The notes below the pieces were generated by a model. The model did no database searches. It was not told the origin of the DNA and was given only the letters and a program-made list of their open reading frames with translations. Source: a plasmid. Taken from it: a stretch of 53,555 nt of DNA. Shown here one piece after another: positions 1 to 9,562 of this stretch. Each line of letters starts with the position of its first letter. Positions within the stretch are counted from its first letter, which is position 1. Position numbers and translations under genes: made by a program. The DNA is taken from sequence record CP132320.1. The stretch is one strand, 5' to 3'.

Positions 1-286
1 CTTGAGGCTGGGCGCTTCGTCGTATGCGTCATCCTCTTCGTCATAGGCAGCGTCCGGGTCAACGGGATCGAGGCGATGCTTGATCGCCAAGGCGTATATG
101 GTGTCGAGGATATTTCTATCCGTAATATCGTCATCGGTCAGCGCGAGCAGAGCGGACCTTACCAATTTCTTGCTCGTGACCTTCGGGCAACGTTCCCTGA
201 TGTAAGAGAACAACTGATCCCCGGACAACCCCTCGGTCGCCCCATCGACCATAGCTTCGTAAACACGCTTTCGCTTCTCGCCCACT
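1..286 (-). CDS. hypothetical protein, partial; the C-terminus lies beyond the window start
   Basis: Uninterrupted minus-strand reading frame from about 286 (GTG) or 252 (ATG) to position 1, translating VGEKRKRVYEAMVDGATEGLSGDQLFSYIRERCPKVTSKKLVRSALLALTDDDITDRNILDTIYALAIKHRLDPVDPDAAYDEEDDAYDEAPSLK. It is not in the supplied ORF track because it runs off the window. No recognisable domain. Confidence 0.3.
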
Positions 287-376
287 CTATAAAACTCCCT
301 GTTGACGCAGCAGGAATGCCATCAAAACATTCAGTGTCAACAAGTTAACGTGAGCCTTGATTGCTTTCAACAATTG

Positions 377-1195
377 CTAAGCAATGAGAGTGACGCGCTG
401 GCGTGTCTCTGTGCTGAAATCTCCGCTCGTGGGCAGACGGAAAGTTTTGACCAAGCCATTCAACCGGGCCGCCTGTTCCTCCAGCCTTTCGGCTTCCGCT
501 TTGTTGCTATCGACGAGTGCAGCGTTCTGCTGGGTTACCTGGTCCAGGCCTGCGACCGCTGCGTTGACCTCTGCGATCGTTTCGCGTTGTTCGTCGGCAG
601 CAATCGCTAGCATGTCCATATGGGCTGCAATGATCTGCACCTGGTGTCCGATGTCAGTCAGGGCGGCGCCAGTGTCACGAACGAAGCGGGCGCCATCCGC
701 GACCTCCTGTCCAGAGGTGTCAATCAACCGTTTGATGTCGTTCGCCGCAGATGCAGAGCGTTGCGCCAGTTCTCGGACCTCGTGAGCAACGACTGCAAAG
801 CCTCTTCCAGCCTCGCCTGCTCGCGCGGCTTCGACCCCAGCGTTCAGGGCCAATAGATTGGTCTGGAACGCTATGTCATCGATGACGCCAATGATGCTGG
901 ATATGCTGAGGGAAGAGTTTTCGATCCTTGCCATGGCAGTGACGGCGCTCTCCACGAGCGCCTCCGTATGACCCATGCTATCCGTCACCTTCATGACAGC
1001 GGCACGAGCGCAAAAACTCAGATAGTAGACATTCACATCGCTCCGGCCTGCAACCACGGCGGCGAGTGCCGCAAGTGCAGCGCGACCGCCACCGTTGCAG
1101 TGGCTGACGATCGGCAGATCACCGCTCAGGCCGGCCGCATCCAGCATGTTTTTAATCTCGCGAGCGTCGCGCAGACCTTGCCCATCCAATAGCAT
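377..1195 (-). CDS. methyl-accepting chemotaxis protein signalling-domain protein with an N-terminal rhodanese-like fragment; probably a gene remnant
   Basis: The C-terminal ~200 aa carry the conserved MCP signalling motif [40 protein letters not shown]. The N-terminus carries the rhodanese active-site loop CNGGGRAA. The same frame continues upstream as [13 protein letters not shown] and hits a stop at ~1286, so the rhodanese domain is N-terminally truncated. No TM or HAMP region is present. Confidence 0.5.
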   Translation of the reverse strand: MLLDGQGLRDAREIKNMLDAAGLSGDLPIVSHCNGGGRAALAALAAVVAGRSDVNVYYLSFCARAAVMKVTDSMGHTEALVESAVTAMARIENSSLSISSIIGVIDDIAFQTNLLALNAGVEAARAGEAGRGFAVVAHEVRELAQRSASAANDIKRLIDTSGQEVADGARFVRDTGAALTDIGHQVQIIAAHMDMLAIAADEQRETIAEVNAAVAGLDQVTQQNAALVDSNKAEAERLEEQAARLNGLVKTFRLPTSGDFSTETRQRVTLIA

Positions 1196-1363
1196 GTCAT
1201 GCGAAAGATTGATAGCACCCGGCAGATGTCCACCGCGTGAGTTTCCCTTCAGATCCTCGCCGCGATACTCTGCACCCGTGCACTTCTATGGCGAGGACAT
1301 GTTTCCACGATACCGCTCAACTGAGGCATAGCGGTTGAGGCTGCAACCAAGCTTCGCCTCAGC

Positions 1364-1861
1364 TCAGCGTCGCCCCAGGCGACGTGCGCTAACCGTCAGA
1401 TACGCCTGCCGAGCTTGAACGCGATCCTCCTCGCTAACCGGTTGCACGGCTTCGCCATTGATCTCATGGCGCATGGAGCCATCCTGAGACAAGGCTTGCA
1501 GGTACTGAGCACTGTAGGCGTAGCGCCGGAGCGCCTTGCGCAGGTCTTTCAGCTCGATCTCCGGCCGAAGAAGCATTCTGATGTCCTCGCCTATGCCTAC
1601 GCGGAACGGACGGATGATGTCACCCTCCTTCTGTGGAAGAACGGCGATCGGCCCCGTCAACAACGCGTTGATCGCTCTGGCGGCCGTGAGTGAATAGCGA
1701 TCGACCGTGATCGGCCCACCCGTGTAATCCGGGCCATCGCCAGCGGGATCGGCCCCGGCTGGTTTGACTGAAGTTAGTTCGTTCACTGCTGTGTCTCCGG
1801 CGCTGGCACCGTGACGGTGCATTTCTGGTCCTTGCCCGTCGCTCCTGCTTTTTCCAAGCAT
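1364..1861 (-). CDS. ProQ/FinO-family RNA-binding protein; start uncertain (ORF extends to 1906)
   Basis: The central segment DRYSLTAARAINALLTGPIAVLPQKEGDIIRPFRVGIGEDIRMLLRPEIELKDLRKALRRYAYSAQYLQAL resembles the ProQ/FinO fold (compare ProQ LRSALRLYTSSWRYLYGV). It lies immediately downstream of traA and a coupled ORF, which is typical plasmid context. Confidence 0.45.
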   Translation of the reverse strand: MLGKSRSDGQGPEMHRHGASAGDTAVNELTSVKPAGADPAGDGPDYTGGPITVDRYSLTAARAINALLTGPIAVLPQKEGDIIRPFRVGIGEDIRMLLRPEIELKDLRKALRRYAYSAQYLQALSQDGSMRHEINGEAVQPVSEEDRVQARQAYLTVSARRLGRR

Positions 1862-2592
1862 TTGGCGAACTCCTCCCCGCTGGCATCGTAGAACCGGGCC
1901 CCCCATGACATCTTCTGGAAGGTAAAGGGATCAACTGACGAGATTATGTCACTACCAGCCTCTATGCGATTACTCCCCATAACGAGGGCTGCAACGTGAG
2001 CATCGGCGGAGAAGGGCAGAAAACGCGGCAAGGTGACGAGCAGGAACGCCCCGACGATGACGCCGGTGACGGCTGCGATCCACATCCTAAAATCCTGATC
2101 CTTGCGACGGAAAGCCTGGGCGTTACGGGAGGCAAGCACCGTGCTGATGCGCTCGAGGTCTGACGCCTGACGCTCAAGCGCTTGTACTGCATCGCGAACC
2201 AGCCCCTCGCCAGTGCGCTCGAGAATACGGGCCTGGTGCTCAACACTTTGCCGCAGGAGGGGCAATTGTTCGAGAGCGTGAAGGCGCTCGGCCATGAGCG
2301 CGAGCCCTTGTGTCAGGTGACCAAGATCGGCGCTGTAGTCAATCGGCGCCCCCTGGCGTTCAAACTGATCGAGTGCCGTCTCCACACCCCTGCGGATGGT
2401 GGTCATCTCCCGGCTGAGGTCAGCGGCGAGACCTTCGACGGTTTCGCGCAGGACCTCGAACGCCACGGCCGGATCGCCAGCATCATCCGGGCCGGAAATG
2501 TCAGGCTCAATGCTTGTCTGATGCTCAATGGATTCGACTTTACTGCGCCCATCGCTGTGGTGATCGAACGGCTCGTCTTCTGTAGGCCTCAT
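1783..2592 (-). CDS. hypothetical coiled-coil protein with one TM helix, translationally coupled to traA
   Basis: 269-aa ORF starting 12 nt after the traA stop, with the SD-like AGGAGAGGG immediately upstream of its ATG. One predicted TM segment (WIAAVTGVIVGAFLLVTLPRFL). The central region is helical and heptad-like. Confidence 0.5.
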   Translation of the reverse strand: MRPTEDEPFDHHSDGRSKVESIEHQTSIEPDISGPDDAGDPAVAFEVLRETVEGLAADLSREMTTIRRGVETALDQFERQGAPIDYSADLGHLTQGLALMAERLHALEQLPLLRQSVEHQARILERTGEGLVRDAVQALERQASDLERISTVLASRNAQAFRRKDQDFRMWIAAVTGVIVGAFLLVTLPRFLPFSADAHVAALVMGSNRIEAGSDIISSVDPFTFQKMSWGARFYDASGEEFAKCLEKAGATGKDQKCTVTVPAPETQQ

Positions 2593-2603
2593 GCCCTCTC
2601 CTT

Positions 2604-5600
2604 CTATCGCTCCAAGCCTTGTGACTGGCTACGGCTCTGCGTGAGCTGCCGCTCCATCTCCTGGGCAAGGTTCTGCTCTCGGCCGAGATGGCTGACCCCA
2701 AGCTCCTGAGCCCGACTGCGAAGGGTGGATTGAAGTTCCGGATCGCGGCTCAGGCTCTGGCTCATGCCGCGCATCTCGCCTTCCACCTTCCCACGCGCCT
2801 GATCATGCTGAGATCCACGCAGCTCCTGGCGTTCGGCCCTCAGCTCGCTCCAGCGCGCGGTGAAGCGTTCAGCACGCACATTCGGATCCGCCTGTAGGGC
2901 CCGTTCTCGGTCCATGCCGGCAATCAGCTGGCTGACACGCTCGCGACCGGAATGCTCCGTCATCGCCTCCGAGGTCTTTGGATCATATTGCATGGCCGAC
3001 CGGATCAGCGCATGCGATCCCGGCCGCGCCTGATCGAGCTCGCGAGCGGCGAGCCGATAGGCCTGCATCTGCCCCTCGAGGATCGGCAGCTTTTCTTGCA
3101 GCTGCCTATCCATTCTGCTGTAGGCCTGAGCATAACGATCAACGGCTTGCTCAAACGCGGACATCGCTCGCACGCGCTCCGACAGACGATCGCTGGATGT
3201 TCGCTCGGCTGCCTGCCGCTCGCCTTCTCTTGACGGGCGTTCTGCTACACCACTGCGGCCGGCATTCAGCTTCAGCCCGTCGAACATGCTGCGACGAGGC
3301 CTATGCGCTTGAGAGGCAACGGCTTCCGCCTCGGCCCTGGCAACCGGCGCACTGAGCTCACGACCCGCACTCTTGATGTCCGGCTGGTGATCAGGAGCGG
3401 CTATTTGATGAACGCGCTCTTCATCAACGCGGTGCTCACCGACAAGCCGCTCCTGATCTTCCCTTGGGAGGCGAGGCAGATCTTGGCTGAAGTTCTGGGC
3501 ACGACTAAGGTCTATTTCGCTGCGAAGACCAATCGCCTCTGCAATTCCGCGCCGTTCGGCAAACTGCCGCTCGGCTGAGCCTTCCGAAAAATCGAGCGTC
3601 GTCTCCTTGACCCCGGATCGCGACAGACGCTCTGCAAGCTGGCCATAGGCAAGCTCACCGGCATTCTGGACCCGCCAGGCATTCCGGTGTGTTTCCGTGC
3701 CATCAGGGAGCGTGACCGAGACAGACCCTTCGTGTCTGATCCCAATGGTGGCACCAATCTCAGCCTTCGCTTGCTGGATCGCCGCCTGCAGCCCCACACC
3801 CCATGTCGTCTGCCGCTCACCCCGCGCCGTTTCAAGCGTCACAAAATAGCTGTCACGATTACCCGCCTTGTGCTCGAACGGTGCCACCCCATGCTCCACC
3901 AGCTTACCGATCATCAGGTTTTGACCGGACTTCCGACCGGCAAACTCCTCCTGGTTCGCATAGAGTTTGACGCCATCGCGATGCCGCGTCATGGCAACGT
4001 AGGTGAGATGCCGATCCATCGTGCCGGATGCCATAACAAAGGCACGATCGACCGTCGCCCCCTGGTTCTTATGGATGGTCGTCGCATAGCCATGATCGAA
4101 TGCGCGGTAGCTGTCGGTCGGAATGCTGACACTGTCGCCACCGCGCCCGTCAAGCTTGGCGATGATCCTGTTATCCGCGACATGCTCGACAGTGCCGAGC
4201 ATGCCGTTTTTGACGCCGAGCTCGCGATCATTTTCCAGGAAGACAATCCGGTCCCCCAAGGCAAAGTCGCGTTTGCCATCATTGGTCTGATAGGTGAAGG
4301 CTGGGCGCTGATCCCGTTCATCGCGCTCATCATGAAGACCGAGATCTTCTGCCTTACCTCGTGCCCCCCCTCCCCCGATTTCATCGGCCGGCATGACCTT
4401 CGCGAGTTCACCCCGCGCCTGAAACTCAGCACGGATTCCTTCATTGATCGCCCGAACATCGACACGACGATGCGCCATCGCAACCCGCGTGCCACCAGGG
4501 CAATCATCACGATCGGCAAGGTAATCCCGCACGATCTCGGACAGCACCTCCTCGCGTGTTGCGGCAAACCTGACATACCCACGATCGCGATAGGCAGCCA
4601 ATCCCTCGGCCGTCTTATGCGTGGCAAAAGACACCGATGCCTCTCGTTGCCAGTCCTCGCGCTGACGTCGGATATCGGAAAGCTCGGCATAACCGATCTG
4701 TTCAGCAATCGCCCTGAACGGTGCACCCGCTCCGATCGCCTGAAGCTGCTCATGGTCGCCAACAAGGACGAGCTTTGCGCCACTCTGCTCAACCTCATTG
4801 ACGAAGCGCGCGAGCTGACGGCTGCCCACCATGCCCGCCTCGTCGATGACGAAGACATCACCGCGGCCAATCTGGTTTCTGTCGCGCTCCCAGCCGTGAG
4901 CCCAAGACGCCAGGGTCCGGCTCTCAATACCGGAGCTTTCCTCCAAACCTTCCGCCGCCTTACCCGACAAGGCTGCACCATGAACCCGGTAGCCTTGCGC
5001 CTCCCAGGTCTCGCGCGCTGCCGCAAGCATGGTGGATTTTCCAGCGCCCGCAAAGCCAACGACAGCGGCAATTCGCTCTGGCCCTGTAATATGCGCAATT
5101 GCTTGTCGCTGCTCGCCTGAAAGCCGTGCCGAATAATCGCCCGACGCTTTAGCAATCGCCACATCCTGCCGCATCATCGCAGCCGCCGCATGTAGCCGAT
5201 CAACACCGTAGCTATGGTCGACCGTCATACGCTCAGCTGAGCGCGCCATCTCCCACTCCAGATTGACCATCTCACGCGTCGAATATTTAGCGAGCTCAAC
5301 CTGGCCCGTCTGCTCATCAACACGCTCGACCTGTAGTTCCTTCAGCGCCGGCGACGCCATCACCGCCGCAAAGGCGTTCTGGAAGGCCTGCGCATCGTCA
5401 TTGATGTAGCGATGCAAGGTGCGCGCTATGTCATGCCGATCAAAGACGCTCTTTTCCGCTGTGATCAGCGTCAAAACCTGTTCAGGCTTTTTCCGGATCA
5501 GATCAGCATTTTTCGACGCCGCTTCCGCATCCAGCCGCGCCCGATCAACACCTGCGCCTCGCCGATCTATCTGCGTGGCATGAACACCCATATGTTCAGT

Positions 5601-6248
5601 CGGCGAAACCTCAAGTCCACGCTCCTCATGCGATCGATGATCAATCCTGACATCGAGACCCTCGCGGGCAAGCGCATGGTTGGCAATGCCCTCCCACGCC
5701 TGTCGGATGTCGCGAAGCTGCATGTCGGTGGTTGCCATACCATTCGCCAAAAGCCGCGCGTTCTTGTGCTCAAGATAGGTCTTGTCCCCAAGCCCCTCCT
5801 GACCCACCTGCCGCGTCGTCATCATCACATGCGCATGCCAATTGCGGATGTCGCCGTCCCGGTGCGGTGCATGGACTGCAAAATCCACCGCCGCGCCATA
5901 GCGATTAGCAAGCTCCTGGGCAAACTCCCGCACGACGCCAATGCGTCCATCCATCGAAAGCTCATGCGGAAGCGCCACCTCAAACTCTCGCGCGACCCGG
6001 GCATCCTTGCGCTTCTCGGCAAACTCAGCCGCATTCCACAAGGATGAGCGATCAAGCGCCCAATCGGCATCAATCCCCTCCGGAAGCACAATCTCGGTAT
6101 GCTCCACTCCCTGCTTTCGGGTGAAGTCATGCACCAGCCCATCGCGCTCGTTTATCAGCCGCTGAGCACAACGATATGCCGCAGATGCAACGGCGCTGCG
6201 GCCAGAGCCCCGCGAGATTGGCTTTGCGCTTAAGTGATAGATGGCCAA
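2604..6248 (-). CDS. traA: conjugal transfer relaxase/helicase TraA (MobA/MobL relaxase N-domain plus RecD-like helicase)
   Basis: 1214 aa. N-terminus MAIYHLSAKPISRGSGRSAVASAAYRCAQRL matches the RSF1010 MobA / Ti TraA relaxase motif I. It carries the HxH-type motif (NWHAHVMM) and a central Walker A (GFAGAGKST) helicase domain. It is divergent from traC/traD/traG with an oriT in between. Confidence 0.93.
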   Translation of the reverse strand: MAIYHLSAKPISRGSGRSAVASAAYRCAQRLINERDGLVHDFTRKQGVEHTEIVLPEGIDADWALDRSSLWNAAEFAEKRKDARVAREFEVALPHELSMDGRIGVVREFAQELANRYGAAVDFAVHAPHRDGDIRNWHAHVMMTTRQVGQEGLGDKTYLEHKNARLLANGMATTDMQLRDIRQAWEGIANHALAREGLDVRIDHRSHEERGLEVSPTEHMGVHATQIDRRGAGVDRARLDAEAASKNADLIRKKPEQVLTLITAEKSVFDRHDIARTLHRYINDDAQAFQNAFAAVMASPALKELQVERVDEQTGQVELAKYSTREMVNLEWEMARSAERMTVDHSYGVDRLHAAAAMMRQDVAIAKASGDYSARLSGEQRQAIAHITGPERIAAVVGFAGAGKSTMLAAARETWEAQGYRVHGAALSGKAAEGLEESSGIESRTLASWAHGWERDRNQIGRGDVFVIDEAGMVGSRQLARFVNEVEQSGAKLVLVGDHEQLQAIGAGAPFRAIAEQIGYAELSDIRRQREDWQREASVSFATHKTAEGLAAYRDRGYVRFAATREEVLSEIVRDYLADRDDCPGGTRVAMAHRRVDVRAINEGIRAEFQARGELAKVMPADEIGGGGARGKAEDLGLHDERDERDQRPAFTYQTNDGKRDFALGDRIVFLENDRELGVKNGMLGTVEHVADNRIIAKLDGRGGDSVSIPTDSYRAFDHGYATTIHKNQGATVDRAFVMASGTMDRHLTYVAMTRHRDGVKLYANQEEFAGRKSGQNLMIGKLVEHGVAPFEHKAGNRDSYFVTLETARGERQTTWGVGLQAAIQQAKAEIGATIGIRHEGSVSVTLPDGTETHRNAWRVQNAGELAYGQLAERLSRSGVKETTLDFSEGSAERQFAERRGIAEAIGLRSEIDLSRAQNFSQDLPRLPREDQERLVGEHRVDEERVHQIAAPDHQPDIKSAGRELSAPVARAEAEAVASQAHRPRRSMFDGLKLNAGRSGVAERPSREGERQAAERTSSDRLSERVRAMSAFEQAVDRYAQAYSRMDRQLQEKLPILEGQMQAYRLAARELDQARPGSHALIRSAMQYDPKTSEAMTEHSGRERVSQLIAGMDRERALQADPNVRAERFTARWSELRAERQELRGSQHDQARGKVEGEMRGMSQSLSRDPELQSTLRSRAQELGVSHLGREQNLAQEMERQLTQSRSQSQGLER

Positions 6249-6316
6249 ACGATATCCTCGAAATCACAACGAGGATATCGAGCACTGACTTGCACCGCAA
6301 GTCGTAAGTGCGCCAT
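6246..6316. other. oriT: inverted repeats plus an RSF1010/Ti-type nick-region core TAAGTGCGCC
   Basis: One inverted repeat has 11-bp arms, CGATATCCTCG (6250-6260) and CGAGGATATCG (6270-6280), and overlaps the traA start. A second has 7-bp arms, GACTTGC/GCAAGTC (6287-6303), and is followed directly by GTAAGTGCGCC (6304-6314). That core is identical to the conserved RSF1010 / Ti-plasmid oriT nic core. It sits in the traA-traC intergenic region. Confidence 0.6.
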
Positions 6317-6473
6317 TGGGAACAAATCCGCTTTGCTACTTTGTTCACATGTGTCCGCCGAATCGCCGTCCTATCTCCAAGCCTTCAATCGCAAAAAGTG
6401 CCGATCATAGGTTGCGCTGAGCTCGTAAATAGGTAGGCTTAACACGTATGCAGGTTGCATCGGAGCAGAACCT

Positions 6474-6887
6474 ATGACGACGAAATCAAACCAGCCAGCG
6501 ACACGGACTGCCACCAAACGATTGCGCGAGCAGGCTCAAGCTCGACGGCCGTGGCAGATCCTCATCGTCGGCATGGGCGCGAATAACACGGCAGTCGTTT
6601 CTGCTGAGACAACTGATGCCCTGACACGGCTATTTGAATATCTGCCGGGATTGTCCGGAGTGACGCTGAAGACTGCAAATGGCGATCTTCAGGTCAGCCG
6701 CGATTTTCCATCAGGTGAGATGCAGATCATCGACTGCCTGATTGCGTCCGTCTTCGAGAACGATCCCCACATCACCGGCGTTGCGTTCCCCTCAAGAGAT
6801 GGCCAAGTCGCGCATATTGCGACACCTGAAAACCCGAGCTTCTTGGCCAGGAATGACGAACAGCCTGCTTTGTTGCGCGATGCATAA
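6474..6887 (+). CDS. hypothetical protein
   Basis: 137-aa ORF between oriT and traC. No recognisable motif. Coding-like codon usage. Confidence 0.4.
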   Translation: MTTKSNQPATRTATKRLREQAQARRPWQILIVGMGANNTAVVSAETTDALTRLFEYLPGLSGVTLKTANGDLQVSRDFPSGEMQIIDCLIASVFENDPHITGVAFPSRDGQVAHIATPENPSFLARNDEQPALLRDA

Positions 6888-6910
6888 GCAGGTCACGTTG
6901 CCTTCGCTCA

Positions 6911-7102
6911 GTGCCAATGCGGGAGACGCCAATGTCCGACGAACACGATGAGCTCAAGCGCCAAGCCGCAGCACTTCGAGAGATCATGAATAAGCCCTTC
7001 GAGCCGAGCGGCTACAATCGCAAGCCGAAGGGGAACAGCGCAGCACGGAAGACGAAAGACGTGCCTGCAGCCGCGCCGACCATGAAGCCGGAAGGAGAAT
7101 GA
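6911..7102 (+). CDS. small relaxosome accessory protein, TraC-like (assigned by position)
   Basis: 63-aa ORF immediately upstream of the traD homologue, ending 1 nt before it. Position and size match Ti-type traC, but the sequence itself is not diagnostic. Confidence 0.4.
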   Translation: MPMRETPMSDEHDELKRQAAALREIMNKPFEPSGYNRKPKGNSAARKTKDVPAAAPTMKPEGE

Positions 7103-7103
7103 C

Positions 7104-7409
7104 ATGCCGCGCAAATCGATCGAACAACGCCTCGCAGAGCTCGAGGCTCAACGCACCGCACTGAAAGCGCGGCTCGGCAAGCAGGAGCGCGCCAATGATA
7201 CCAGGCGCAAGGTTCTGCTCGGCGCACTCGTTCTCCACCGCCTCGAGACCGGGCACGACGCCTTCTCCAGAAACCTTGCAGACTGGCTGCGTCGCGAACT
7301 GCCAGGCTTTCTGACCCGCGACAATGACAAGGCTCTCTTCAACGATCTGCTTAAAGCCAAGACCGTTGCTGCGACCGAGAATAGCGACAGCTCAGAGGCC
7401 AGTTCATGA
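7104..7409 (+). CDS. traD: conjugal transfer protein TraD / MobC-like relaxosome accessory protein
   Basis: RLAELEAQRTALKARLGKQERANDTRRKVLLGALVL closely parallels RSF1010 MobC (KLEEQRARINAEIQRVRAREQQQERKNETRRKVLVGAMIL) and Ti TraD (TRRKILIGG). It overlaps the traG start in ATGA fashion. Confidence 0.65.
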   Translation: MPRKSIEQRLAELEAQRTALKARLGKQERANDTRRKVLLGALVLHRLETGHDAFSRNLADWLRRELPGFLTRDNDKALFNDLLKAKTVAATENSDSSEASS

Positions 7410-9067
7410 GCCAGGCATCACGTGCATGGGCAGCGGCGAAGAACATGGCTCGGCGCGCTGCCCGAGATCCAATCTGGGCCCTCGTTGCCTTGATCATGGC
7501 ACCCTTCCGGGGCTTCAAGACCGTTCTTGGGAGCATTGTACTTCTGGGCATCACTGGCGTGGTCATTGCCATCATCGGCGATCTGCTGCTGGCACCACTG
7601 GAACTTCCAAAAGAGGTCGTCAGGGCGATTATCACCGTCGTTCTGATCGCCATCCTCATCCCGCTTGCATTCCGGCTGATGACCAACCCGCTGATCATGC
7701 ATTTCGGGGATATGGCCGATGGTACCCATGGTTCGGCGCGTTTTGCCACCGATCAGGAGGTCGCGCCACTATCAGCCGCGCCTTCTGGCTTGCTGATCGG
7801 CCGCAAAACCAAGTCAGGCGAGCTCCTTCGATACCAAGGTTCGTCCCATCTTCTGACCATGGCACCGACTCGCACCGGTAAGGGTGTCGGCACCATCATT
7901 CCCAATTTGCTTACCGCTGATCGCTCGGTCATCTGCATCGATCCCAAAGGCGAGAATGCTCGGATCACCAGTCGCGCCCGACAGAAGTTCGGCCCGGTTC
8001 ACGTTCTAGACCCCTTCGGTATCACAGGCCTCCCCTCCTCCGCATACAATCCTCTCACCTCCCTCGATCCCACTGGGCTCGATGTTGCAGAAGATGCAAG
8101 CACACTCGCTGACGCGCTTGTCTTCGACGAGCCAGGCATGGCAGGTGAAGCCCATTGGAATGAAGAGGCAAAAGCCCTGATTTCGGGGCTGCTCCTGGAG
8201 ATCGTCGCGCACGAGACCATCAGCCGGCGCAATCTCGCCACCCTGCGCGAGTATCTCACGCTGGCACCGGAGAATTTTGCGGCGCTGCTGAAGCGCATGC
8301 AGGAAACCGATGAGGCGGGCGGTCTGATCGCACGTGCCGCCAATCGCCATCTCGGCAAATCCGATCGGGAGGCCGCAGGCGTTCTGTCCGCCGCACAGCG
8401 CCACACCCATTTTCTCGACAGTCCGCGCATGACCACTGTCCTGTCACGATCAGACTTCCGCTTTGCCGATCTCAAGCGCCGCAATGTCTCAGTCTTTCTG
8501 GTTTTGCCCCCAGACCGCCTGTCGACCTATTCCCGCTGGTTGCGCCTGATTGTCAGCCAAAGTCTCACCGACATGGCACGGGATCCCGCGAAGCCTGCAA
8601 GCCCTGTGCTCTATCTCCTGGATGAGTTTGCAGCGCTTGGTCACCTCGCCCCGGTGGAGCGCGCCATGGGCCTCATGGCAGGCTACGGCGTTCAGCTCTG
8701 GCCAATCCTCCAGGACGTGCACCAGCTGCGCGCGACCTACGGCAAACGCGCCGGCACCTTCCTCTCAAATGCCGGAGTCCTCCAGGTCTTCGGCGTCAAC
8801 GATCATGACAGCGCCCGTCTCGTCTCCGATCTCCTCGGACAGGAAACTGTCGTCTTCCAGACCATGGCCCGCGCCATCGATGCCGAACAGTCAGGTATCA
8901 CATACAACCAGCACCACACCGCCCGGGCGCTTCTGACCCCAGACGAGGTGCGCAACATGTCAACTCGCCTGCAACTGCTGTTCATCGCAGGGCAAAGGCC
9001 AATCGTCGCCGGAAAGCTCGCCTATTACGCTGATCCCGAGTTTAAGGGAGCGTTCGATCCAGCATGA
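7406..9067 (+). CDS. traG: type IV coupling protein TraG (VirD4/TraG family)
   Basis: 553 aa with N-terminal TM helices, Walker A (APTRTGKGVG) and a Walker B-like LLDEFAALG. This is the typical TraG/VirD4 architecture, in the Dtr operon after traD. Confidence 0.9.
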   Translation: MSQASRAWAAAKNMARRAARDPIWALVALIMAPFRGFKTVLGSIVLLGITGVVIAIIGDLLLAPLELPKEVVRAIITVVLIAILIPLAFRLMTNPLIMHFGDMADGTHGSARFATDQEVAPLSAAPSGLLIGRKTKSGELLRYQGSSHLLTMAPTRTGKGVGTIIPNLLTADRSVICIDPKGENARITSRARQKFGPVHVLDPFGITGLPSSAYNPLTSLDPTGLDVAEDASTLADALVFDEPGMAGEAHWNEEAKALISGLLLEIVAHETISRRNLATLREYLTLAPENFAALLKRMQETDEAGGLIARAANRHLGKSDREAAGVLSAAQRHTHFLDSPRMTTVLSRSDFRFADLKRRNVSVFLVLPPDRLSTYSRWLRLIVSQSLTDMARDPAKPASPVLYLLDEFAALGHLAPVERAMGLMAGYGVQLWPILQDVHQLRATYGKRAGTFLSNAGVLQVFGVNDHDSARLVSDLLGQETVVFQTMARAIDAEQSGITYNQHHTARALLTPDEVRNMSTRLQLLFIAGQRPIVAGKLAYYADPEFKGAFDPA

Positions 9068-9438
9068 ATGAAGAAGAACTTGGAGAAGAAGCGGTTCAAG
9101 AAGCCAGAGCCATGTTCAAAACGCTGGAATGGACATTGGGCATGATCGAGCAAAGTGACCCGGACCGGCTTCAGCATATTGCCAATGCCTACAACGAAGC
9201 ACAGGACTTGATCGCCACCATTCCCAAAGACAACGGCAATCCACGCCCCTGTATCACCGCGTGCTTCGCTCGCTCTGATGCCTATCGAGCAGAAGGTGAT
9301 AGTGCATGTGTCGGCTGGGTGCTGTCTGCCCTTCAGGAAAGGATGAATGAGCGGAATTTTCCGGATTGGCGAAAGTTTCGGAAAGTCGTGAAAATGGCGG
9401 TTAAAATGCTCTCTGCGTCAAAGCCGACAGTAAATTGA
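9064..9438 (+). CDS. hypothetical protein, translationally coupled to traG
   Basis: ATGA overlap with the traG stop. 124 aa, no recognisable domain. Confidence 0.45.
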   Translation: MNEEELGEEAVQEARAMFKTLEWTLGMIEQSDPDRLQHIANAYNEAQDLIATIPKDNGNPRPCITACFARSDAYRAEGDSACVGWVLSALQERMNERNFPDWRKFRKVVKMAVKMLSASKPTVN

Positions 9439-9562
9439 GCACCAAGAATACTGTCCCGGCGTCTACGCGCCGGGGCATTGTCATGAAAAGCCCTCCGGCT
9501 CTCTACAGCACACTTTGGATAGAGCGTTCACCTCCGGGCTTGGTGCGGCTACCGCCGCACAA

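Noticed and set aside
3687-5164. Long ORFs of 477 aa (plus strand) and 391 aa (minus strand, out of frame) inside traA
   Set aside because: Both are antisense or out of frame to the well-supported traA relaxase-helicase frame. They are GC-rich frame artefacts, Arg/Pro-rich, with no motifs.
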